A stretch of DNA of 64,000 nt, taken from the NCBI RefSeq assembly GCF_021028975.2, contig NC_059435.1, positions 54,994,001 to 55,058,000 of the forward strand, given 5' to 3'. This DNA comes from Sphaerodactylus townsendi. Taxonomy: Eukaryota. Made by a program: the position numbers and the translations under genes. The notes below the pieces were generated by a model that was given only the letters and a program-made list of their open reading frames with translations, was not told where the DNA came from and searched no databases. Positions within the stretch are counted from its first letter, which is position 1; the number at the start of each line of letters is the position of its first letter. Positions 36,232-49,790 of this stretch are shown here, in pieces.

Positions 36232-36430
36232 GAATTATAACTCAGTGGCAAAGAAAACGTTTTACATGCAGAAAGCCCCAGTTTCAATTCCTGGTACCTC
36301 TGTTTTAAAAGATCAGGTAGCTGAGGATGTAGAAGACCCTGCAGAAAATGTTTGCAGGGGCAAAAATGTTACCAATAAGAGTGGTCAGTACTGACCTTCT
36401 TTAACCAATGGTGTGAGGCAGCTATGTCTG
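36232..36430 (+). mobile_element. Degraded tRNA-Ala-like SINE (Squam2-like)
   Basis: ctcagtggcaaag...catgcagaaagccccagtttcaattcctgg...gatcaggtag. Confidence 0.65.
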
Positions 36431-39213
36431 TTAAAATGCTGCTCCTCTCATGTCGCAGTAAAGCTACACAATCAAATTCTTAATGGGTTATGAGCTTGAT
36501 TGAGAATTTTAATTCACTGCCAAAGCCTGGGGCTCACTGCAGTCCAGAAAATTTTAAAAATTAAGGTGTGGGGTGAGCTTGCCCAGGTATTGTCGCCTCA
36601 TCTCATAATATCTCGTTTTAGAGATTTTATCTCCAGTTCTATGGTGCTCTAAGGAATTGTTGTTGGCAATGAAGAAATAACGATCAAAGTGACAGAGATA
36701 AAAGAGGATATTTCCTTTTCTGTTCCCTTTGGGCCGATAAGTCAAGTTGTTCACAGCAAGAGAATATTTAATATCTCAATTTGTTTTGTTTTCAAGTTGA
36801 AATAAGCTGTTTGACCACTTCTGAGGAGTAACAGAACTGAGATTTGCAGCCCTCTAGGAATTTAAATTGCCATGTTACGATCTCTTTTAATGGCTGTGCT
36901 CATCATTCCTGGTAACTCCACATGGCTGCAATTTCCTGACAGTGCAAAACCAGAAGAAATTATGTTTACTGGCCTGTTTCAAAAACGAAGACAGTACACA
37001 TTGAAACTCTTTATTAGCAATCATTTTAAGTATATAGTCTCAAGAATAAACTCAGTGGGTTTAGGGTTACCAACTATGGGTTGAAAAATTCCTGGAGATA
37101 TTTTTTTGGGGGGGAGGGGTTTGAGGGATGTTTGGGGTCTTGGTAGTCTGAAGATCAGTTGTAGTTCCAGGAGATAATCAAGCTTCACATGGAGATTGGC
37201 AACCCTAAATGGGTTGGATTCATCATCTTTTTCACTCAACCTGACCTCACTCAACCTTTTACTAATAAAAGGTTATCCATGCAGGTCTCACAATCCCCAA
37301 CATAGCCTGTTTGGAAGACAACAGTGGTCCCAGCCCTGATGGAGGTAAAGATGATCACCAAAAAGGAGGGTAGAGTCTCAGAAGCCAGAAAAGGCTCAGC
37401 TACATTTCTATTCTTGAGGAATTTGTCATGGGCTGTGAGGAGGATTTGAAGGAGGATCCAGAGCCTGGGAAAATGCCTCAATTGACCCAAAGAAGAAATA
37501 ATTTAAGAAGCCACCCTCTATAGATACTTACAGTGTAGAAATGGGCTGCTAATGCTTTTCATGGGGTGGAGGTAACTGACATCGCCTAGTTAATAACTTC
37601 TAATTTAGCCTCTGTTAAAGGGACAGGATATTTTTCTCCGGTTGTTGGCAACCCTACTGGCAGGCTCTTGCTCAAAAAGCAGCACCTTCATCCCACTTTC
37701 ACATGGAGACCACTTCTGTATTTCATCAGTCTATAATGTCTCCGTCACCAAACCATCTGTATAGCCTCTGGAAACACTTCTCTGCTACCATGCTGAATCC
37801 TAAAGTAGCACAAGGCATTCCATCACCTTTGTAGGTGAAATTGTGTAACAGACCATGGTCTCCAACTCTGAGCAGACTGCTGTATGGAGCTAGGACACAG
37901 GAGGACTATTTAAGCTCCCATGTAACTGCACCAGCGCTGGAAAAACACTCCAAGCTTTTGGTTTGTCAAGTAATGTGGGAGAGATGTTCATAGTGAATCA
38001 ACTGAGGCCCTGAAAACAGCCAATGATATCTGTTTTGTCTCACCCATGGGCTAACTATAGTACTAATCCACCTGGTGACTCTGGACTCTTACCGCCTTAC
38101 CTTACCTTGCCTTGCTTTTCTTCTCTCCTGTTTTTAGCCCCTGTGATGGAAGCATGTTTCATAAAGGTGTTTGCTTTTGTGTCACGGAATTAGAATAATG
38201 TATGCAAAACACACTTAACTTGCATAATTCTTGTCAGAGAACTTAGCTGTTTTATTGGCAGAATCTGTTTTTTAATCTTTTCTTGACGCTCTGAGTACAT
38301 CCGAAGTACTAGATTTTTGTTTTCACTGTTCACCAAGCTGTGAGCATGTGGGGTACACAATCTTGTGGTGAATTGTGGAAGAATTGAATTGTGGAAGAGA
38401 TTAATTGTGGAAGAATTTGAAAATAATGATGATTACATGTATGTAATTATACATGTAATCTTTCCAAGTTTGCTGTTCCCTTTTGAACTCTGGTAAAATG
38501 AAATCTCCCATGCTGCAAAAGTTTTCCTAATTAATGATGGTGACTTTTCTAGTGGCAATGCATTGCCTTTTAATTATTATTCTATTTTCTATTTCTATTG
38601 ATTTCTATTGTAGAAATCAATACCTCAATTGTTTGCCCATGATCAAGAGGAGCAGCAGTAGTATTCAGTGAAACTTCAAATAGACAAGAAGACTTATTTT
38701 CTAAGAAATGTCCAGCATTTCAGACCAGTGTGTTTGCATCCATTGTGTGTTCAGGGAGAGCAAGTATAAACTGCTTCAGACATTATTGACGAAATTCTGG
38801 CAGTCAAGTGCACAGTCATGTCTGCATTCTGCTCATGGGTGCCTTGCATAGTGTCTGGTGCCTTGCATAGTGTCTCCCTTAGACAGATACAAGAAATGCT
38901 GCAAAAACAACCACATTTGTCTGGTAGCATTATAAACAAGTTCAGAATATACTCTAGCAAGTTCCCCAAGCAAGATTCCACTCCAGAACCTAAACTAATT
39001 TCTATGAATCTGCACATCCAAACTCTAACATCAAATCTGCATTGGCCATTTACTGTTGTGACCACCTAAAGCCCCAATTGGCACATCTAATTACCTATAA
39101 GCCACTACCCCACAAAAATTCTGAAAGTTCATGTGGAAGATGAAAGGAACCATAGAACTACCACAGCTAACAGATACTAAGTGGGCAACATGAAAAAAAC
39201 CTTGAGGTGGGGT

Positions 39214-39569
39214 CAGAGGCGTACCAGGGGTAAATGGCGCCCAGAGACACATTGTCTCTGGGTGCCCCCCCTTGGGGGGTGGAGTCAGGCACCCTCGACC
39301 CGGCCCATGTCCATGTTGATGATGACATGGGCGGGTTGAGGGTGCTCGGAGACAACAGCAGGAGGAAGTCCTGCTGCCTCGTCATCTTCGAGGGCCCTTG
39401 ACCCCGCCCATGTGTCATCGACATAGGTGGGGTTAGGGGTGCCCAGTTCGACACCCCCACTGCCGTCTTCCTGGTCACGTGGGGAGGCAATTTTGCGCCC
39501 CCCACATGACCAGGAGAGTGGCGCCCGGGGGCAAGGGGTACCCCTTGTCCCTAGGCAAATACGCCACTA
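39214..39569. mobile_element. hAT non-autonomous element
   Basis: TIRs cagaggcgta / tacgccacta; perfect 8-bp TSD ggtggggt. Confidence 0.88.
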
Positions 39570-42337
39570 GGTGGGGTTCTAAGCACTGTCCTGTTAATGC
39601 AGAAAGTCCCAGCATCTCCAGTTAAAAGAACCAGATAGGAAGTGATGTGAAAGAACCAGCATGGCAGAGGCATAGCTAGGGAAAATGGAGCCTGGGGCAA
39701 ATTCACCACAGCTGAAGCCCCTGGCCACATGCCTGAACACAACAATCATGCATCCCACACTCTGTGGCGCCACAGTGGCACAAAAACCTGCTTGGAAAAC
39801 ATGGATCCTCATGGATATGATTTATCTGCCCTTTTGCAAAGTCCTCATTTGACTGGATGGAGTCAAAGGCTAAGCTAACCAGGTGCAACGGATAAGTGGG
39901 CAGTCAAAGGTAGTTTCTGCATAGCCCAGATATAATGGGCTGAGGAAGCTATTTATCCCAATTTGGTGAAGAACTTCGCACAGTGTTGATTTCTCAAGTT
40001 TTTTGAGGGGGAGGGTTTTTCTTAGTATTGTACTTGCAAAATCCTCCCCCTGCTTGGATTTGTTCTGCTGCAGATGTCCAGTGACATTAGTCGAGCTCGA
40101 AATGCCACAGTGGCCCTGGGTTCTTCTGGGCTTCTGTACATTGTCATTGGTTCTGTTGGGCTTACAAAAGTTCTCCCCCCCCCCTTGAGATTCCACTGGA
40201 GAGATTTTCTGGTTTGATTTAGATTCTGTTTGTCTTGACTCATTAACTTCTAGTTCTACTGGGATTACTGGGCTCTACCATGGTTTGTTAGGACTTGTTG
40301 TTTGTTCTTCCATGGGAGGAATCTGACCAATGACTGTTGCCTGCAGGCATGGCTTTTGGCCTGGGTGCAACTTGGAGGATGGTGCTTTTCGGGAAATAAT
40401 GGAGGATGGCTGGGGGCACTCTGTTCAGGGGCCCATATAATTGAAACTGTTGGAATTTGGGGGGTTATTTAAAGAACAGGTACCAGCAACTCCACTGCAA
40501 TTTTTTTTGGTGCCAGTGCCTTTGAAAGCAACCTTTCCTTCAGCTATGCAGGAATTTTCCCCATAGGGAATAATGGATTTGAAAAATTCAGAAACATGAA
40601 AAACCAAAATTGAAATTCGGGAATATATCAGTAGTACCAATATTTCCCAGATCCAATATACCGGAGTTTTAAAAAAATACCCCCCCCCCATTTTTTGCAC
40701 ACCCCTAGTCCAGGTGAGGCAGGGGTCCTGGAATTGACTTGCCAAAAAAAAGGTATTGTGTAGTGTAGCCTCAATAAATATTTGAGAATTGGGTTTGATG
40801 AGTATTACTTATTCTCTTCCATACTTATCCAATTATTCTGGTTCCTTAAGTATTCCATTGTGCATCCTTCCAGTGACCCACTGTGAATATATGTAAATTT
40901 TATGAGAATGTTGTTCCAATGCACATTTGGCTATATGTGTGCAATTATCTGTATTGCTATTATAATAATACAAATCTAAATGCATTGTCATTATTACCTC
41001 TTCAAGTAAAACCAAGTACAAAACACCAGAAAATGGCAAAAAGGAGAATGCATGGTCTGTTCCACAATAAGGACAACTCAAATTGTAATGGAGGCAGAAT
41101 CTCTATTGTGTAAGAATTTGTCAGTATTCTTACCTGAGATTACATATAGCTTCCAGCCACAGCACAGCTTAAAAAGACACCATGGGTAATTAACATTTTT
41201 GACTGAGATGAAATGTTGTTAAAATATTAATGGCCATTTCAACACTATCACTTAATTTTTGAGTTTTACCATCAAGATCTCAAGTGCTCCTATTCTGCTT
41301 ATGTTAACACTTTACCAGGAAAGAAGATATTGCCAAATTCTTAACTATGATGTAAGCCCAACTTGTTTTGCTGAACTGAACTGCTCGGCAATATATTTGG
41401 CCTTTAAAAGAAATTTATTTGCCACCACTATAAAACCACGGTTTTACTGTCTTGCTGCAATTTTTAATTACATTACTGTCAGACAGAGGCATGGGAATGA
41501 GACATCAAAGGCTTGCATTAAACCTGACATTCCTAATCTATAAAATATATACTCCCTGTTCCAGTGTATCATTATCACATCCTTTCCAACATTTATTTGG
41601 CTTTAAATGCATATACATGCCAGTGAGGAACTCCTTATAGTTACCTTAGGTGTATGGTCCTGCTGTAAGCAAAGTGTTTATATTAGATACATTTTGTTAA
41701 GAATTGTACATACCCACTGTTTTCGCTTGATGCCCCAGGGGATCACACTAAACAAGCTCATTGTGTGACTTCTTCATTTCCTGTAGCCAGCATCAAGAGA
41801 GCTCGGCTGGGTGCCCATACTATCACTTCTCCAGGGACTTCTGTGCTGTAGTGATTAAGCCAGCATGTCGCCATAATCTGTAGAAATGTATTTTCCCAGG
41901 TGAAAGGGAGGGTCAGAGATTTCTGGAGCTTAGTAAACTTCTTATAGGCTGTAAATTCAAGTAAGAAACTTATGCATGTAATCAGGGTATTCTCATGCAT
42001 TTTCCACATTGCTATCTCAATGTTCTGCCAAGAAGCTCTGGGTCGCATGCTTCCCCCCTACATGCACCCTATTTATGCTTACAATAAATTTATAAGGGCA
42101 GGTAAAGCTGAAAGAGAATGCTAGGTAAACGTTATCCAGAAAGCTATCCTAAGCAGGCATCCCCAGAAGTTATTCATTCTTGTTTACTCTCAGAAACTTG
42201 TTCTAAGGATTGCAGGCCCAGTGACCTTCATGATGCAAACAAAATCTTAAACAAAGGCTCTACAGTTCAAATACATTATTCTAACCTCTATACAACTTTA
42301 ATTCTATTTTTGATGCCTACAGGGCAGGGTGGTTCTG

Positions 42338-42612
42338 TTGGCAGCTGAGGATAGGGCTCACAATAATGGACAGAAATTACAGGTGCAAAGAAACGCATTG
42401 GGCATTAGGAAGATTTTCTTTTTACAGTAGGAGCGGTTCAACAGTGGAATCAGCTGCCTAGGTAGATGGTGAGTTCTTCTTCGGCAGTCTTCAAGCAGGG
42501 TCTGGACGAGCACTCATCAGAGATGCTTTAGGCTAATCCTGCAATGAGGAGTGGGTTGGACTAGATAGCCTGTATGATCCCTTCCAACTCTGTGATTCTG
42601 TTCTCTGATTCT
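42338..42612 (+). mobile_element. CR1 LINE 3' end
   Basis: gggttggactagat...cccttccaactctgtgattctg (CR1 hairpin and ATTCTRTG-type tail) preceded by ORF2-end-like sequence. Confidence 0.85.
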
Positions 42613-42622
42613 AAGTAATTCT

Positions 42623-43109
42623 GGCGTTTCCCCACAGCCAATATATCCTGGGATAAGGAAGTGAACCATCCCGGTTTGGCCATGGCTTCTGGGCCTGAAT
42701 CGGGCCCTCCCAGTGAGATTTGCCTTATCCCACAGCTTTCAAAAACCGATGAAATTGGTGGTTCTTTTGAAAAAGCCCGTGCCGCTCCCGCTCCCATGCA
42801 AACACCGCGGGAAACAGCCCGGTTTATTTTTCTGACTTCACCACCTGCTCTCCCTGCCCCTTTGCTGCAGCCAATCAGAACATCGGAAAAACAGAATCTA
42901 TGTAAACTTCGTAAACATACGCAAACTACGTAAATGTTCATGTGGAAAATGAAAATAAACGGGGGCTTGTGCATAATTCACTGGAGTTCTTCCTCCTGGC
43001 ATTAATACACTGATGGGCAGCTGTGCGAAAGGAGAAACTGGGATAAAAACACCCCGGGATATGTGATCTCGGGTCTATCCCAGGATATTTTGTCCATGGG
43101 GAAAACACC
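42623..43109. mobile_element. PIF/Harbinger non-autonomous element
   Basis: TIRs ggcgtttccca..atatcctgggata / tatcccaggatat..tggggaaaacacc; 3-bp TSD TCT. Confidence 0.82.
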
Positions 43110-43452
43110 TCTGTTTATTTTCTTGGACAATTGTGTGGTTCTCCTAAAACCGTGAACACCTATTATTATAAATAATAATTGTTATTTTTAAGATCTAACC
43201 TATGGTTAGGGTTGCCAACTGTCCTGACCCGTTAATAGGGGCTTAATGTGATGTTATTAATCATGTGATGCTGTATACATTCATGTCATGAAAAGCGTCA
43301 GCTTCCCAAGGGACATGACATTCTTTTTCACCCCTGTTGGCCACTCTCTCTGAGGTGTGCAAAGAAGTCTTAACTTTGGAGATTATGTATTCTGCTGTCA
43401 TATTATTTCACCTCTGACTCACATTCACCCTTTAATGAGAGGTTGGGTTTAA

Positions 43453-43501
43453 GAGCCCTTTGGGGATAGGGCGGTTTATCAAATTAAATAAATAAATTAT
43501 T

Positions 43502-43531
<30 letters not shown>
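43453..43531 (+). repeat. L2 3' tip with (TAAA)n/(AAT)n microsatellite tail
   Basis: gagccctttggggatagggcggttt then taaataaata...(aat)n. Confidence 0.65.
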
Positions 43532-43532
<1 letters not shown>

Positions 43533-44432
43533 TATTTTAGTGCAAGACAACTGATGATGTAACCCTAACCAAGTCCTTAATATGTGAGAACATAATGTGA
43601 GAACACATTAAACTTTCAAATCTGAATGCAGTATCTCTATTGTAAAAACTGCTCAGCAGAAGTCCAAATAATTTTCACGGATTTTTGGTGAAATACCTAC
43701 ATCAGTTCCGCATTTTGATGTAATAGAATTCTCCATAGAAATTCCCTCTGACAGAAATGTCACTGTGACAAGCCAAGTGGTTCTGCACTGCCCAGTCAAT
43801 GGCTAGGGATGTCTCATGGCTTGGTCAGAAATGACAACTATTGAGCTGGAAGTGTTCCTCTGCCGCTGATGGCAAAGTGAACCTAGCTATGCCAGCCGAA
43901 ATGTCAGGGAAGCCAACCTAGTGGACAGCGCAGGGAGAACAGTATAAGCTGCAGAATCTATTGGGTCCAATTTTGTTACTGGAGCCCCCACCCCAGAAAT
44001 GGTAAGATTTGTGGGGAGAATGTTTAAGCTTCTAGTTAAATATTCCCTAGCTCCCCCCACCCTAAAAAAATCTGGGTGTTCTTGCATTTGCTGCTGCTTC
44101 TGTTCTTGTTTTGCTTGGTGTTTTGCTGTTGTTTGATGACTTTTTTTTGCTAAGGTTCCCCACAGTTGAATTCCTGCCTTTGCTTTTTCCTGTGTTTGCT
44201 GTTTTTGGGGTGTTTCCTTACAGATTGTTAATTGCCAGATGGTACATTTTTAATATTTGAATATTGTTTCCCAAACTCTGGTGATTTTCCTTTCTGTTGG
44301 TACTGTATCTGCTTGGTTTTGTTTGGTTTTCTGAAAATAGTGCAAAGGTTTTGGGTAAGTTTCATCAGAAGAGTCTCCCAAATCCATCCTGCAAGTTGAA
44401 TGTTGCTGTCTTAAAAAATGCACCCCCTGAAG

Positions 44433-44581
44433 CAGGGACATATGTAAGGGGGGGGGGGTTCTCAGGTTCAAACCTCTCCCATTACATGTCCGGCTTGCTT
44501 GAAACAATGCATGGAATGGAACAGCTGGAAAGCCCCCAGTCACTGAATCCACTCCATTAAAAATCTATACCTACATCACTG
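44433..44581 (+). mobile_element. Short non-autonomous DNA element (family of 12589-12741)
   Basis: Reverse-complement match to 12589-12741. Confidence 0.7.
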
Positions 44582-47500
44582 TCTGCAGGCGTAAAACTGA
44601 AAATGCCAAAAACTTCCCCATAGGGTTAAAAGGGAGGTTTGCATGCTATCTGATACTTTATTGTGACACTGTATAATATAATATAGATAAAATAGCTTGA
44701 ATCCTGCCTAGAAATTCTCTGTAAGGAAAGCGGTGATTTTTGCTGATCCCCCCTCCTTCAGCAGCCCAAGATACATCTCCCCTGGGGAATGGAGGGACCC
44801 AGGAATAGCTTGGGGGTGGGGGTAGCTGAAGGTCCTTTTCAAGAAGGGAGAATTAGGAAAAATCATTCCCTGCTTTGCAACTGTGAGAATTCTAGCTTTG
44901 CTCCCATATTGTATATATTTCAGTGACTTCATCTTCTTATAACGTATGTTTTTAAAAAAGTTTTTGTGAATGCAACCAGATAGTCACTTAAAAAACAGAG
45001 GTTTTTTTTTAAAAAAAAGAATTTCCCACTTCAGTTTGTCATACCAATTTTCCTACTGTGAAAGCCAGGCTACATACATGTCAATCTTCATTTCTCCCAT
45101 GTGTTTTGTCTTCTCTTGCCTCCTGTTTTCATCAGTGGCTCATCATACCATCTGCCTTTTTTATTCTTGTATATTATGAGCCGCCAAATTTACTTGGCTC
45201 CTTCTATCTTTTCAGTGTAATCACTAAATGGCACATCTGTTAGATTGTTATAGCATGGGAAGATGTTGCCCCTAAAAAAAAATGAAGAGAAGCATTGGAA
45301 GAATCAGAGATAGAAGCTTGCTTCAGAAGTCCATGTAAATTAAGAGCTACTTGTGTTCCTTATCATGTTACTGCTGCAATGTGAACATCGGACTACAGAA
45401 AACCTGAGCTTGGCTGGTAAGAGATATCACCACAGTAACTTGTATAGTGTGAATAGGGCCTGATATACATAAAAGTGTAGTGTATTATGACAAGGAAATC
45501 CAATTAGTACAGGACATTAAATAAAATCTGCTCCATTCATCCAATTATAAAAGATACAGCTGCCTGAACACGTAACTTGTTCTGGCTATTTTTATATTCT
45601 ATCCTTTATACTATTAGTCAAAACACTTTTCATTAATTTGATAATAAAATAGTAAATGGCTTATTTGTGTTTCTTCCAGAAAGAAATGTTTCCATTACTA
45701 AGCTTGTAACTCTTTTTCGTGTGATTCCAAATGCTAAGTGAGAGGTTTTTATTATGAGCTTACAAATTCAAACTAGTTTGAATGTAGGCAAATGAGAGAG
45801 CCTGGAATTTTTGAATAGTGTTTGACTCATAGAGGTGTCAGACTTCTGATGGAGTTTGGAAGGAAAACATGAATTATGTTTTCATAGAAGACATATAGAT
45901 TTACAACCCCATCCAACCTGGAGGAGGCGGAACGTGGTGCCACTGCGGCGCTGCCCCACTGCCTCCAATATGGCTTTCTGGCAGTTCAGGGAGCTTGGAA
46001 AAGCCCTGAAACTCCACCGCTGCCGGACACCCCATAGGGCTTAAAGGACATACGCCATCCAATAGGCGGTGTATGTCCGAGGGCTGGTATGCTGTGCAAC
46101 CAGCCCTAAACCCTGGATGGGAGCTGACTAATATCCGCTGCAACCCTGAGAACTCCCTGGTCCAGCTCCCCATGCTGGTCCACCCACCCCCCTGCAGTTT
46201 GAACTTCCGGGTTTTGTGCCAGAGAAACACAAAGAAATTAAAAATATTGTATCTTGAAAACTCATCAAGCTCCTTTTCTGTTTTCATTGAGATTGGGTCA
46301 GATGTCTTCTCATTGTTTCCTGTGTGTAGTAAATAGCAGAATTTTCCGGAGGAGCCTTTTTTTAACCAAATGGAATTACAATATTAGGAAACCCAGTCCC
46401 CTTTCTCTTCTAAAGATTCATCAAGTTTCAAAAGAACTGAACAAAGAAGTCCCATTTTAACACCCTTCTGCATAGTGGAAAAGGCACCAAAATGGCCCCC
46501 AGTTTCTGGAGCAAATGTCACCTCCCCCCACCCCAAATACTAACTCTCCCTTGGGATGAAGGGAAGGCTATCAAGTCCAGACAGAATCCATCTTCCCCCC
46601 AAAAATGAGGAATAACAAGCACAGCACAGCCATGGATCCACATGACCATAACAAGAGAGTGCAGTTTAAAATGTCCTTCCTCTCCAAGAAAGGCTGTGAT
46701 TGGCCGTGATGATATCTTGCCTGATCAGTTGCAGGACAAAGAATGACTGAGAGAAATGTTGTTTCCTGGGGAATGGGGGGATTTGAAACAAAAATTTAAG
46801 CTGACAGGCTGGCTCTGCTAAATTCCCAACAATTAATTCCCGATCTTAAAAGATCCAGAAATCATTCCAGGAAGCCTTTACCTGTCCCCAGCATAGCAGA
46901 TCTCCATTGATGGAAGACATTTCCATCAGCAGAGCTGGACTACTTCACCTCACCCCCTCCACAGCAGGCTCTCTCTGCAGGATGAGGAGCAATGATGTTC
47001 TTGGAAAACAAGGGAGGAACATAAAAAGGGAATTGGAGCCAGTAACATTTAACTGGACCATTTTAAAGTAAAAACTGAACCATCTTAAAGTGAAGAACCT
47101 CTAGGAACATCTACGCAACTGAAGAAACCTATACAGAAATTAATTAAGAATTGCCTGTGCCCAAAGTGATATTTGTATATAGTTATCTCTTGCCTGATTC
47201 CCATCCATTTGAAATATCTCCTGATCCCTGATCTAGTTTGTTTAATAAATTTTAATTCTGTTCATTAAATTTGCCTTAGTCCTCTGGTGCCTTGAAAAGT
47301 GTGATTTGTTATAGGGAAAAAGGCTCACCACCTTTCTGGAGTTCCTAAAGCTGAGCAAATAAGCTTTAAACACCTCATACGTTACCATCAAAGCAACTTA
47401 GTCAATAGCAAAGGAGGGAAAACCTGCCCAGCATTGTTATGAAGCTGCCTGAGCCTGCCACAAATAGTTAGAAGAGTGAAGGGATTTGCTACAGTGGTTC

Positions 47501-48659
47501 ATTTGAAATAGCAGAAAGCCTGAATCTGAATCCACCTTCCTTTGTAGATGGAAAATCACAACAAATTGGATGTGCAATATTTTGATCCATGACTTCTGTG
47601 AATCATCTGATCCTACAATAGGCTTTTGCAGCAAGCTGTTTCCTTATAATTTATCTTCATTGCTGTTACTTGAATTACAAAACATTGTTACATTTCTGAA
47701 ATCCTTTGTGCACACGTGTATATGCATTTATTTAAGATTATGAGGAGCACCTGGAAATTCATGCATGCTCCAAGCATGATGATCATAAATTTATTTGTGC
47801 TCCAACATGCTGATCATAAATAAATCTGCCACCTTTACTCTTGTACCACGTGAGCAATACTGACACAGCAGAATCTGACATTTTCTGTTCATTTGTGTTC
47901 ATTGCCTTTGTATCCATTTCTTCCAGCTGACACATAATTTTGACATATAATCAATTTTTTATTAAAGATTTATATTGGACAGGCCTCGTGGTCATCGTCC
48001 TACCCAGAGTCTATTGAGCAAGAGCCTGCAGCAGGTAGATTGGTAGCTTGCTGGTGGTTGCAGCTTAGTTTTTCCAAGATCCAGGAAAAATGGCAAAAGA
48101 TTTGCTCCAGACTTCTTTTAAAGCTTCATTTCATAGGATTTTCTCTGTGTTGCTTCACTGATAGCTTCATTTCTGGGGCTCTTCATAGTTTAAATTCTGT
48201 TTCCAGGACAGAAAAAAAATCTTTGTAACATGAGACCAGGGAAACAGGTTGGGATATCTTTCATTCCTTTAACTAGCGTGGCCCAGCCACGCGTTGCTGT
48301 GGCTTATTGTGGTGAAATGGAAAAGGAACAGTAGCAGCAAATCAATTGCAGAGGCCAGCAGTACATGCTCATGCAAACATGCAGCCTGATACTGTGCGAT
48401 GTCAGTGATGTGTGTGCCCGCATTCCTTGGGGGGGGGGGAATGGAAAGGCACCCCTCCCACACATCTAGGCTGGCTGGTCATGATCCTTTACCTGGGAGT
48501 AAGTTTGGTTGGTGGCAATGGGTGTCGCTTCTGAGGAAACCCTCTGACGGGTGCGACGCAGCCATTCAAAGTATGTCATGGTTGCTGTACTGAGCTTACT
48601 CCTGAGTAATGCGTGCCTGGTTTTCTTAACTGTAACTGCAGTATTCAGGGAATCTAGGG

Positions 48660-49061
48660 TGCCTGGCCCCTCCCTCCCGTCCCTTGCAAGTCGCCCCTCA
48701 CTCTCTTCCCTCCCCCACTTCTCTTCCCTTGCATGCCACCCCTCCCCCTCCCTCCCTTCCCTTTCCCTCCGCTAGGGTGGGTGGGTCATATCAAGATGCT
48801 GGGCCCCTGCCTCCCCTCCCTTGCATGCCACCCCTCACTCTCTTCCCTCCCTCACTTCTCTTCCCTTGCATGCCACCCCTCCCCCTCCCTCCCTTCCCTT
48901 TCCCTCCGCTAGGGTGGGTGGGTCATATCAAGATGTAGGGCCCCTGCCTCCCCTCCCTTGCATGCCACAGCTCACTGTCTCCCCTCTCTCACTTCTCTTC
49001 CCTTGTATGCCTCCCCCACTGTCCCTTTCCTCTCCCTCCCTCTCTTCCCTTGCATGCCACC
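48660..49061. repeat. ~137-bp pyrimidine-rich tandem repeat (~3 units) inside the Helitron
   Basis: agggtgggtgggtcatatcaagatg at 48774 and 48911; recurring cccttgcatgccac. Confidence 0.85.
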
Positions 49062-49453
49062 CAGTGGTGGGATCCAAAAATTTTAGTAACAGGTTCCCAT
49101 GGTGGCGGGATTCAAACTGTGGCGTAGCGCCAATGGGGCTGGGCGGGGCACAACGGGGGCGTGGCCGGCCATTCCAGGGGCGGGGCATTACTGGGCAGGG
49201 CTGTGGCAAGGATGCAGCCGCTGTGCCGGTCCTTGGGTGGGAAACGAATGCACGCAGGCGCAGGCTGCCACGCACGCTGGTGCACCTCCTGCTAGACTGC
49301 TTCAAGTTCTGCGTGCTACTTCTGAGAGAAGGGGTGTAACAAAGGCAAAAATCACGTGATAAAATCACCAATTAGTAACCCCCTCTCGGCACACACAAAT
49401 AATTAGTAACCTACTCTCGGGAACCTGTGAGAAACTGCTGGATCCCATCTCTG
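49062..49453. mobile_element. hAT non-autonomous element nested in the Helitron
   Basis: TIRs cagtggtgggatcca / tggatcccatctctg; perfect TSD atgccacc. Confidence 0.9.
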
Positions 49454-49469
49454 ATGCCACCCCTCCCTC

Positions 49470-49790
49470 TCAGTGGCAGTGGGGGTTAAGGGCTCGTGGA
49501 TCTAGGCTGAAGGAACGGGGTTTGATTCTCCGTTCTGCCGGCTGAGCGGTGGGGGCGGATCTGGGAGAGTAAGAGTAGCCTGTACACTCCCACACACACC
49601 AGCTGGGTGACCTTGGGCTAGTCACAGCTTCTCGGAGCTCTCTCAGTCCCACCTACCTCACAGGGTGTTTGTTGTGAGGGGGGAAGGGCAAGGAGATTGT
49701 CAGCCCCTTTGAGTCTCCTACAGGAGAGAAAGGGGGGATATAAATCCAAACTCCTCCTCCTCCTCTTCCTCTTCTTCTCCTCCTCCTCCC
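49470..49790 (+). mobile_element. Squam3-like SINE nested in the Helitron
   Basis: 3' two-thirds nearly identical to 17406-17702; 5' part carries many G substitutions. Confidence 0.85.

Noticed and set aside
46325-47387. Possible solo LTR (AATAAA near 47245, U5-like end)
   Set aside because: No convincing terminal repeat pair or TSD.
48660-49061. CRISPR-like or coding repeat array
   Set aside because: Eukaryotic context; units are contiguous degenerate tandem repeats without unique spacers, inside a Helitron.
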